Source: Mycolicibacterium smegmatis
GTDB lineage: Bacteria > Actinomycetota > Actinomycetes > Mycobacteriales > Mycobacteriaceae
DNA: 32,000 bases
Direction of reading: 5' to 3'
NCBI RefSeq assembly: GCF_001457595.1
Contig: NZ_LN831039.1
Location: 900,001 to 932,000 of the forward strand
Shown here one piece after another: positions 24,272-32,000 of this stretch. Numbering within the stretch: position 1 is the stretch's first letter; each line of letters opens with the position of its first letter. A program made the position numbers and the translations under genes. A model generated the notes under the pieces. That model saw only the letters and a program-made list of their open reading frames with translations, had not been told where the DNA came from and searched no databases.

Positions 24272-25538
24272 GTGTTGATGAGTTTGCCTCCCCCGCCGGA
24301 TTCGTTTGGTTCTCAGCCGCCGAATGGTGGTGGGGTTCCGCCGCGGGGTGGGGGGCCTGGTGGTCAGGGATCGTATGGTGCGCCGCAGCCGGGTCAGCAG
24401 CCGTATGGGCAGTATCCGGGTCAGCCTGGTCAACCGCAGTGGGGTCCGCCGCCGCAGCAGTGGGGAGCTGCGCCGCCACCGCCGAACAGGGGGGCGCGGT
24501 AAATGGGTGCTGATCGGCTTGGCGTTAGTCGCGGTGATCGCGTTGAGCATCGCGGGCACTGCGGTGGTTCTGAAATCAGACTCTGGCGACGGTAATGGTT
24601 CGACGCCCTCGGCGCAGCGATTCAGAATTCGCAAGCGCCAACGACACGGGCCCGGCGAACCTCATCACCGAGGATCCGACGTGTGGGGCGTGGGGGCGTA
24701 TTTCCCGCGAGTTAAGCACCGCGACTAAGGCCGTGGATTGGGCTGAGCGCGATGACTCCGTTCCTGCAGATGCGTGGGACCCGGATCTGCGTGCAGCGTA
24801 CGAGGCTGCTGGGCGGGCGATGAGTAATGCGGCAGAAGGTGTGCGGGCGCTAGTTAGTGCGACGCCCCACCGGGTTATGCGAGAATTATACGGCCAATTC
24901 AATACTTTCACGAATGGCGTCGTGGAAAAAACTCCTATTTACACTGCGGCTGATTCTGAGTTAGCCACCATGTCCACTACAATTGCCTCCGCGTTATCGT
25001 CAATATGTTCTGCCGTCCAATAACAAGTTGCAGCGGCAATCGCGCCGATGCTGCCTCCCTTGGATGGTACGTCAGGATCTGGCGGGGCTAACGCGGCCGC
25101 TGACCAAGAACCATTTTTAGACAGTTCCAGTTCGATCTGTTCAGACTGGAAAGCAGAGGTTGAGGATTCTAACAAAAACTTAGCAGATTGCAAGGAATCG
25201 ACCCCGCAATTCCAGCAAGTGCTTGGACTCCAGAGCAGCGCTCCATAAACGAAGCGCTAAGGCCGGTGCTTGTGGAAGCTGCTAACAATTTTGAAACCAT
25301 TGGGAAACGTGCGAACGGTAACATTAATGATTTCTTGGCGGAACCTGCCACCTTAGACCAAAATCTAAAGACAGTAATTCACGGCTCGAAGTCTCCAGAG
25401 GCCGTTAGCGACATCCAAACCGCAATACCGAGGGACAACGCGGCGCCAGGTTTGGCTCCAGTGGTTTCTGATTCTGGCCAAAAAAATGCGATTCATGGGA
25501 CTCGCGAAGTTGAATCCAGTTCTGCACCAGAACCTTAG
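24272..25538 (+). pseudogene. Interrupted gene: Pro/Gly-rich N-terminus, one TM helix, two related C..W...W..(I/V)PA.AW.P..R domains; 3 frame changes, one internal stop and a terminal stop
   Basis: Coding potential passes between frames: MSLPPPPDSFGSQPPNGGG...PPPPNRG (frame of 24272), KWVLIGLALVAVIALSIAGTAVVLKSDSGDGNGSTPSA (frame of 24306), SDSEFASANDTGPANLITEDPTCGAW...ICSAVQ* and beyond (frame of 24595), then GIDPAIPASAWTPEQRSINEALRPVL...SSSAPEP* (frame of 25188). Confidence 0.8.
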
Positions 25539-25606
25539 GTAGTTGAACCAAAGGTGCCAGTCGAACCCGTAAAGGACTTCGTTCCTGTGGCACCTGGACC
25601 CATCAG

Positions 25607-27037
25607 GTGCCTCATGCACAACAGCCGGGAGCTCCTGCGAAACCGGCGATTTCCGGTTTGCCAGGTTCCGCTCAGGCACCCGCCACGCCGAGCGGGCCAG
25701 GCATCGGTGGATCCCCCTCCGCTCCTGCCATGCCTTCAGCCCCCTCCGCTGGCGCAAGCCCACTGAGCAGCAGCAGCGGACTGGCCTCGTCCGGAACGAG
25801 CGGGGCCGAGCGAGCAGCAGACGCCACGGCCGCCGCCAGCGCTGCCGGCCCTCGTGCGCCGGTCGATCCGCTGCAACAGTTCGCGCAGTCGTTCGCGAAC
25901 TCGTCGAATCCGTCGATCCAGCCGGCATCCACGTACTCGCCGCCGATGTCGTTGGAGCCGCTCGACACCACGCCGAATCCGAGCACGCCCGCCGCCGCGA
26001 CGGTGACGCCGAGCAGCAGCCAGGCGCCGGCGGCGCCGCCACCCGCAGCGCCAACAGGCGGCGGCGGCACGCCGACCGGCATGGGCGGCGGCGGAATGGG
26101 TGGTGGCATGGGCGCGATGCCGCTGGGGCCCCGCCGACTCCGCCACCAGCGGCGCCCACCCCGGGTTGCACCCACGGCGGCCCCACCGCCCCCACCGGTG
26201 GCGCCGACGCAGGCTGGTGGCGCACAGGTCGCGCCGATCCCGGTATCGGCGGCTCGAGCCGAACGCGAAGCCGCCGCCGCGGCACGCCGGTCTGGCGTAG
26301 AGCCGTTGGAGATCGCGCGACGCGTCGCCGCGGTGTTGAACGCCGGGCCGCGTGAGCCGAAGTTCATGTGGCTGACCGGTTTGACGACCGACGGAACGAT
26401 CGTCGTTGCCAACAACTATGGCTTGGGCTACATCTCGCCGTGGGTGAAGCTGCCGGCGCCGGTGAAGTTCGCCTTCGCCGATGAGTCGATTCCGATTGCG
26501 GAGCGGGCGAAGTGGGTGACATTCCCGATCGCGGCGCTGCAAGGTTGGGCCGAGTCGCACCACACGGCGTTGCGGGCGGTGATCGCCATGGAGGACCAGT
26601 TCGAGGGATTCGACTCTGGTTGTGCCGAGATCAAGCTGCAGCCCGACGACATCCCCACCGCCGGGAAGATGGAGGGCCGCTCGCGGTTGGAGGTGCTCGC
26701 CCCTGACGTCGCGATACGGTTGGCGAGTGTTCCGGACACTGCGCTGGCCGACCTGTTGCCCCCACCGCCGGCAGACCCGGAGCCACCGGAGGACCGGCGA
26801 ATGAACCTGCTGATGGAGGTCTTCCGGCCTCTGCTGAGCAGCGACTCTGGGCGAATTCCGTTGCAGCTCAAGGCTATGGCCGAGTTCGCCGATCACATGC
26901 AGAAAATGGCGCTGCACAGTGCCTACACCGCGGCCGATGCGGAGGCCCTGCGTATCGACACCGAGGACGCCATCTACTGGCAGCACGTGGGTGTGCTGTC
27001 ACGCGACGCGCTGGGAACCATGCCCGAAGGCTCCTAG
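25607..27037 (+). CDS. Pro/Ala/Gly-rich protein with C-terminal globular region of the mycobacterial Rv3899c-like type (DUF5632/DUF5631), probably 5'-truncated by frameshift
   Basis: C-terminal ...REPKFMWLTGLTTDGTIVVANNYGLGYISPWVKLPAPVKFAFADESIPIAERAKWVTFPIAALQGWAESHHTALRAVIAMEDQFEGFDSGCAEIKLQPDDIPTAGKMEGRSRLEVLAPDVAIRLASVPDTALADLLPPPP...; low-complexity N-terminus. Confidence 0.6.
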   Translation: MPHAQQPGAPAKPAISGLPGSAQAPATPSGPGIGGSPSAPAMPSAPSAGASPLSSSSGLASSGTSGAERAADATAAASAAGPRAPVDPLQQFAQSFANSSNPSIQPASTYSPPMSLEPLDTTPNPSTPAAATVTPSSSQAPAAPPPAAPTGGGGTPTGMGGGGMGGGMGAMPLGPRRLRHQRRPPRVAPTAAPPPPPVAPTQAGGAQVAPIPVSAARAEREAAAAARRSGVEPLEIARRVAAVLNAGPREPKFMWLTGLTTDGTIVVANNYGLGYISPWVKLPAPVKFAFADESIPIAERAKWVTFPIAALQGWAESHHTALRAVIAMEDQFEGFDSGCAEIKLQPDDIPTAGKMEGRSRLEVLAPDVAIRLASVPDTALADLLPPPPADPEPPEDRRMNLLMEVFRPLLSSDSGRIPLQLKAMAEFADHMQKMALHSAYTAADAEALRIDTEDAIYWQHVGVLSRDALGTMPEGS

Positions 27038-27137
27038 TCGAGTGAGCGGCACCGCTCGAGAAAATGGCGCCGAAGAGTTACCCGCCACGCATTCGACCTC
27101 TCCGGGCCCGCCGAAAGCACCCGCTACCGTGGGTGCA

Positions 27138-28640
27138 ATGCGACGTAGTTTGACGGGGGCCGTGCTGGGCACGGTGGTGCTGGCCGGGGCGTTGGCCGGG
27201 TGTGACGCGAAGACCGAACTGCAGGCGCCGCAGGCGCAGCCGACGCCGGAGGGCGTATCGGCCGCGGCTGTGGAGTTCGCGAATCAGCTGCGCGAACGCG
27301 TCACGATCGACGCGATGATGGGCCACCTGGAGAAGCTGCAGGAGATCGCCGACAACAACGACGGCAACCGCGCGCTGGGCACCCCGGGTTACGACGCCAG
27401 CGTGGACTATGTCGTCAGCGCGCTACGCGACAAGGGTTTCGACGTGGAGACCCCGGAGTTCGAGGTGCGGTTGCCCTACGCGGAGGACCCGCAGGTGACG
27501 GTCCGCGGTCAGGCGGTCACCGCGAAGCCACTGGAGTTCACGATAGGCACCGAGGGCGTCTCGGGCCCGCTGGTGCCGGCGAAGGTGGAGGACACCCCGG
27601 GCTGTGAGGCCGGCGACTACGACGGACTCAACGTGGCCGGCGCGGTGGTGCTGGTGGATCGCGGCGCGTGCGCGTTCTCGATCAAGCAGGCCGTGGCCGC
27701 CGAGCGCGGCGCGGTCGCGATGATCGTCGCCAACAACACCGACGGCGACGAGATGGGCGGCACGCTGGGCCGGCGCACCGACGTCAAGATCCCGGTGGTC
27801 AGTGTCACCAAGGCCGAGGGCGCCCGGCTCCGCGCGAACCCTGGCCCCACGACCATCAGCCTCGTTGCGGGTGTGCGGGTCGAGAAGACGCGCAACGTGA
27901 TCGCCCAGACCGACACCGGATCGTCGTCGGACGTCGTGATGGTCGGCGCGCACCTCGACAGCGTCGCCGAGGGCCCCGGCATCAACGACAACGGCTCCGG
28001 CGTGGCCGCGGTGCTGGAGACCGCGCTGCAACTCGGCAGCAGCCCCGACGTGAACTACGCCGTGCGGTTCGGCTTCTGGGGCGCGGAGGAGGAGGGCCTG
28101 CTGGGCTCCACCAACTACGTCGAATCGCTGAACGAAGACCAGCTCAAAGACATTGCGCTGTATCTGAACTTCGACATGCTCGGTTCGCCGAACCCCGGCT
28201 ACTTCACCTATGACGGTGACCAGTCGGCCCCGCCCGAGCCGCGGGTGCCGCGCGTGCCCGAGGGCTCCGCGGGTATCGAGCGCACCCTGGCCGCCTACCT
28301 GGCCGACGCCGGGAAGATGCCGCAGGACACCAGCTTTGACGGCCGTTCGGACTACGACGCGTTCACCCTCGCCGGCATCCCTGCGGGCGGACTGTTCTCC
28401 GGCGCGGAGGAGAAGATGTCCCCGGAGGAGGCCGAGGAGTGGGGCGGCGCGGCCGACGAACCGTTCGACCCGAATTATCACAAGAACACCGATACCCTCG
28501 AACACGTGGACCGGGACGCTCTGCAGATCCACGGCGAAGGCGTGGCCTTCACCGTCGGCCTGTACTCACAAGATCAGCGGGGACGCAACGGGATACCGGT
28601 CCGCGACGACCGCACCCGCCATCAGATCAGCCCACAGTGA
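27138..28640 (+). CDS. lpqL: PA-domain / M28-family aminopeptidase lipoprotein
   Basis: MRRSLTGAVLGTVVLAGALAGCDAKTELQ... signal and lipobox; PA domain; M28 motifs [22 protein letters not shown] and GFWGAEEEGLLGS. Confidence 0.9.
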   Translation: MRRSLTGAVLGTVVLAGALAGCDAKTELQAPQAQPTPEGVSAAAVEFANQLRERVTIDAMMGHLEKLQEIADNNDGNRALGTPGYDASVDYVVSALRDKGFDVETPEFEVRLPYAEDPQVTVRGQAVTAKPLEFTIGTEGVSGPLVPAKVEDTPGCEAGDYDGLNVAGAVVLVDRGACAFSIKQAVAAERGAVAMIVANNTDGDEMGGTLGRRTDVKIPVVSVTKAEGARLRANPGPTTISLVAGVRVEKTRNVIAQTDTGSSSDVVMVGAHLDSVAEGPGINDNGSGVAAVLETALQLGSSPDVNYAVRFGFWGAEEEGLLGSTNYVESLNEDQLKDIALYLNFDMLGSPNPGYFTYDGDQSAPPEPRVPRVPEGSAGIERTLAAYLADAGKMPQDTSFDGRSDYDAFTLAGIPAGGLFSGAEEKMSPEEAEEWGGAADEPFDPNYHKNTDTLEHVDRDALQIHGEGVAFTVGLYSQDQRGRNGIPVRDDRTRHQISPQ

Positions 28641-30088
28641 CGCGGCGCCGGCTGGCCGCCGCCCTGGCCACCGCAGCCGCTGTCGCGGTGACGGCCGTGG
28701 CCTGTTCGCAGGAACCGGCCGCGCCGTCGAACGAGTTGCCGCACGACCTCGCGCAGGCGGTCACGGTCGACGCCATGTTCGGGCACCTGCGCAAGCTCCA
28801 GGAGATCGCCGACGCGAACGGCGGCAACCGCGCGCAGGGCACACCGGGTTACGACGCCAGTCTCGACTATGTCGCAGGTTTGTTGCGCGACAAAGGCTTC
28901 GAGGTCGAGACGCCCGAGTTCGAGCGACTGGGCACCGTGGGCGGCGGAAACCCGTCGCTGACCGTGTCGAGTCAGCGCTTCTCGGCGGAGCAGGCCTCGC
29001 TACTGGTACCGACCCCCGACGGTGGCCTCAACGCGCCGACGCTGCGGCCCGGGAAACCGGCGGGCTGCGCGGCGTCGGACTACAAGGGTGTCACGGTCAA
29101 AGGCGCCATCTCGGTGGTGGATGACACCGGGTGCTCGATCGTCGTCAAGCAGAACGTCGCCCTCGCCGAAGGCGCGGTCGGGTTGCTGGTGGTCAGTACC
29201 AGCCGCCCCAGCCCGGCCGGTTTGTTCACCTCCGGCTACTACGGCCAACTGAAAGTCCCGGTCGGGGTGATCGACAAGACCGCCGACGCCGCGCTGCGAC
29301 GCACTACGAGGTCCGTGCGGCTGGTGCTGGACAACAAGGCGCAGATGGTCACGTCACGGAACTTGTTGGCGCAGACGAAAACCGGATCGACCGACAATGT
29401 GGTGGTGGTCGGGGCGCACCTGGACAGCATCGCCGGTGGCCCCGGCATCAACGACAACGGTTCCGGCGTGTCCGCGATACTGGAAACCGCGCTGCAACTC
29501 GGCGGCTCACCGGCGATCAACAACGCGGTGCGGTTCGCGTTCTGGGGAGCCGAGGAGACCGGGCTGGAAGGGTCGTCGCAGTACATCCGTAAGCTCTCGC
29601 CCGAGCAACTCGACGAGCTGGCGCTCTACCTGAACTTCGACATGCTGGGCTCGACGAACACCGGCTACTTCACCTACGACGGCGACCAGTCGGCGCAGGC
29701 CGGCGACCCCAAGCCGGTGCCGGAGGGTTCGGCGGGCGTCGAGCGCACCCTCGCCGGATTCCTGAACCTGCAGGGTGTGCGTCCGGCGGACATGCCGTTG
29801 AGCGCCAACACCGACTACAGCGCGTTCATGAACGCCGGCGTGCCGATCGGCGGCGCCACCACCGGGTCGTCGCAACGTAAGACCGAGGTGCAGGCGCGGT
29901 TGTGGGGCGGCAAGTCCGGGGTCGCGTTCGACCCGAACTACCACACCCGCCGCGACAACATCGACAACGTCGACGCGCACGCGTTGTCGGTCATGGGGCC
30001 CGCCGTCGCCTTCGCGGTGGGCACCTACGCGCTGTCCACCGACGGGCCCAACGGCGTCCCAGGACGTGACCAGAGAAAGCGCAGCTGA
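28637..30088 (+). CDS. PA-domain / M28-family aminopeptidase lipoprotein, tandem paralogue of the preceding gene
   Basis: GTG start overlapping the previous TGA; [79 protein letters not shown]...; [38 protein letters not shown]-type motifs. Confidence 0.92.
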   Translation: MTRRRLAAALATAAAVAVTAVACSQEPAAPSNELPHDLAQAVTVDAMFGHLRKLQEIADANGGNRAQGTPGYDASLDYVAGLLRDKGFEVETPEFERLGTVGGGNPSLTVSSQRFSAEQASLLVPTPDGGLNAPTLRPGKPAGCAASDYKGVTVKGAISVVDDTGCSIVVKQNVALAEGAVGLLVVSTSRPSPAGLFTSGYYGQLKVPVGVIDKTADAALRRTTRSVRLVLDNKAQMVTSRNLLAQTKTGSTDNVVVVGAHLDSIAGGPGINDNGSGVSAILETALQLGGSPAINNAVRFAFWGAEETGLEGSSQYIRKLSPEQLDELALYLNFDMLGSTNTGYFTYDGDQSAQAGDPKPVPEGSAGVERTLAGFLNLQGVRPADMPLSANTDYSAFMNAGVPIGGATTGSSQRKTEVQARLWGGKSGVAFDPNYHTRRDNIDNVDAHALSVMGPAVAFAVGTYALSTDGPNGVPGRDQRKRS

Positions 30089-30159
30089 CACACCATTTCT
30101 TGACAGCTACTTGGCAGTTCGGAATTGAACCAGGGTGCGGCATAACCCGTGTTAGGGGT

Positions 30160-31248
30160 ATGGAAAACACCGCCTTCACGCCGTCGGGCACTTGCACCAT
30201 TGCAGGCGTTCACGGTGTACTCCCGCCCCACCGTTACACGCAGGCCGAGGTCACCGAGGCCCTACTCGACCTGCCCGGATATGCCGATTTCGAAGGCATC
30301 GTCCGGTCGCTGCACAAAAGTGCAAAAGTGAACAGCCGATATCTGACGCTTCCGCTCGAGGAATACGCCGCACTCGACGATTTCGGTGAAACGAACGGTT
30401 TGTTCATCGAACACGCCACCGAATTGGGCTGCGCCGCCCTGACGGGTGCGCTCGACGAGGCGGGCCTGCGCCCCGAGGACGTCGACCTGATCATCACCAC
30501 CACCGTCACCGGCGCGGTGGTCCCGTCGCTCGACGCCCGCATCGCCGGGCGCGTCGGGCTACGGCCCGATGTGCGGCGCGTCCCGATCTTCGGGCTCGGG
30601 TGCGTCGCCGGCGCGGCCGGGGTTGCACGGCTCAACGACTACCTGCGCGGCGCCCCGGACAAGGTCGCCGTCCTGGTGTCGGTCGAACTGTGTTCGCTGA
30701 CGCACAAGCACACACCGTCGATGCCGACCCTGGTGGCCGGGGCCCTGTTCGGCGACGGCGCCTCGGCCGTCGTCGCCGTCGGCGCCGGGCGCGCCGAACA
30801 ACTCGACCCCATCGGTCCCGACGTCCTGGACTCCCGCAGCCACCTGTACCCGGACTCGCTGCACGCGATGGGATGGGACATCGGCACCAAGGGATTCGAG
30901 ATCGTCCTGAGCGCCGAGGTGCCCGGTTTCGTGGGCCGTTACCTGGGTGACGACGTCACCGAGTTCCTCGGTGAGCACGGAGTGGCCACCGACGACGTCA
31001 GCGCGTGGGTGAGCCACCCGGGCGGGCCGAAGGTGATCGAGGCGATCATCGAGACACTGGACCTGCCTTCGGACGCACTGGATCTCACGTGGCAGTCGCT
31101 CGCCGAGGTGGGCAACCTCTCGTCGTCGTCGGTGCTGCACGTGCTGCGCGACACGATCCGCAAACGCCCACCCGCAGGAACGCCGGGTGTGCTGATGGCC
31201 ATGGGACCCGGCTTCTGCTCCGAACTCGTCCTGCTGCGGTGGCGTTGA
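30160..31248 (+). CDS. Type III polyketide synthase (chalcone/alkylresorcinol synthase-like)
   Basis: Cys in [20 protein letters not shown], His in [12 protein letters not shown], Asn in [13 protein letters not shown]-terminal [16 protein letters not shown]. Start tentative (open from 30100). Confidence 0.92.
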   Translation: MENTAFTPSGTCTIAGVHGVLPPHRYTQAEVTEALLDLPGYADFEGIVRSLHKSAKVNSRYLTLPLEEYAALDDFGETNGLFIEHATELGCAALTGALDEAGLRPEDVDLIITTTVTGAVVPSLDARIAGRVGLRPDVRRVPIFGLGCVAGAAGVARLNDYLRGAPDKVAVLVSVELCSLTHKHTPSMPTLVAGALFGDGASAVVAVGAGRAEQLDPIGPDVLDSRSHLYPDSLHAMGWDIGTKGFEIVLSAEVPGFVGRYLGDDVTEFLGEHGVATDDVSAWVSHPGGPKVIEAIIETLDLPSDALDLTWQSLAEVGNLSSSSVLHVLRDTIRKRPPAGTPGVLMAMGPGFCSELVLLRWR

Positions 31249-31751
31249 TGAAGGCATTCACAGCCCTGGTCGCCGCCGTGGCCGCCGAACGGCTCGCCGA
31301 GCTCGTGGTGTCCAAACGCAACCTCGAGTGGAGTAAGACCCACGGCGGCAAGGAGTTCGGCGCCGGCCATTACCCGGTGATGGTGGCTTTGCACACCGGC
31401 CTGCTGGCCGGTGCCGCCCTGGAGGCCCGTCGGCGCCGGGTCCGCCCGGCGCTCGGCCGGCCCATGTTCGCGGTGGTGCTCGCAGCGCAGGGCCTGCGCT
31501 GGTGGTGCATCAAAACGCTGGGGCCACAGTGGAACACCCGCGTCATCGTGGTGCCCGGCGCGACGCGGGTGCTCGCCGGGCCGTACCGATTCCTGCCGCA
31601 CCCCAACTACGTCGCGGTGGTGGCCGAAGGCGTTGCGCTGCCGCTGGTCGGCGGCGCATGGCGCACGGCGCTGGGATTCACGATCGCCAACGCGCTGCTG
31701 CTGCGGACCCGCATCCGCGTCGAGAACGACGCGCTACGTAGCCTGACATGA
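31248..31751 (+). CDS. ICMT-family (isoprenylcysteine carboxyl methyltransferase-like) membrane methyltransferase
   Basis: [51 protein letters not shown]...GPYRFLPHPNYVAVVAEGVALPL; ATG overlaps the PKS stop. Confidence 0.9.
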   Translation: MKAFTALVAAVAAERLAELVVSKRNLEWSKTHGGKEFGAGHYPVMVALHTGLLAGAALEARRRRVRPALGRPMFAVVLAAQGLRWWCIKTLGPQWNTRVIVVPGATRVLAGPYRFLPHPNYVAVVAEGVALPLVGGAWRTALGFTIANALLLRTRIRVENDALRSLT

Positions 31752-32000
31752 TCGATCTGCTCGTGGCTGGCGGCGGCCCGGCCGGGCTGGCCACCGCGAT
31801 ATACGCCGCGCGCGCCGGACTGGTAACAGTCGTCGTCGAACCACGACCCGGCCCGATCGACAAGGCCTGCGGCGAAGGCCTCATGCCCCACGCCGTGCGG
31901 CAACTCGACCGCCTCGACGTCCACCCCGATGGCCGGGCGTTCCGCGGCATCCGCTACCTCGACGGCAGGCACACCGCTGAGGCACGGTTCCGCGACGGCA
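31748..32000 (+). CDS. FAD-dependent oxidoreductase (geranylgeranyl-reductase/monooxygenase-like), C-terminus beyond window
   Basis: MIDLLVAGGGPAGLATAIYAARAGLVTVVVEPRPGPIDKACGEGLMPHAVRQLDRLDVHPDGRAFRGIRYLDGR; ATGA overlap with the methyltransferase. Absent from ORF track because it leaves the window. Confidence 0.9.
   Translation, partial: MIDLLVAGGGPAGLATAIYAARAGLVTVVVEPRPGPIDKACGEGLMPHAVRQLDRLDVHPDGRAFRGIRYLDGRHTAEARFRDG

Noticed and set aside
24480-24500. Programmed ribosomal frameshift at the G6 run
   Set aside because: Additional frame changes and in-frame stops downstream make decay or sequencing error a better explanation than a functional recoding signal.
23981-24634. Minus-strand ORFs 23981..24634 and 24036..24479
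   Set aside because: Arg/Pro/Thr-rich translations antisense to the Pro/Gly-rich N-terminus of the decayed gene; composition artefacts.

Overview
Window from a high-GC mycobacterium. Gene order closely follows the conserved pta-ackA / pknG-glnH-glnX / mutT3 / thiE-thiO-thiS-thiG / lpqL region, and it looks like Mycolicibacterium smegmatis or a close relative (inferred from recall of gene order, not searched). Left part (1-5732): a probable catabolic cassette with GntR/UTRA regulator, SDR dehydrogenase, APH-like small-molecule kinase, APC permease and a class-III PLP enzyme resembling phospho-lyases. Middle (5754-18275): conserved core genes plus a TPP riboswitch. Two stretches look like accessory insertions compared with the recalled M. 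tuberculosis order. The first is a DUF559/AbiEi-like gene next to an 82-bp tandem repeat (about 8970-10190). The second is about 8.8 kb between thiG and lpqL (18272-27037), holding an SGNH hydrolase, an ABC exporter and a type VII secretion-associated-looking cluster. That cluster contains a heavily interrupted, locally AT-enriched gene with traceable indels. Right end (27138-32000): tandem paralogous PA/M28 peptidase lipoproteins, then a type III PKS / ICMT-like methyltransferase / FAD-oxidoreductase cassette. The most interesting points are the decayed two-domain gene, the 33-bp array that reiterates start codons in front of glnH, the 82-bp repeat with a degenerate copy on the other side of the DUF559 gene, the putative kinase/phospho-lyase pathway and the polyketide-quinone-like cassette. 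No clearly new defence system, CRISPR array, retron or phage was found.
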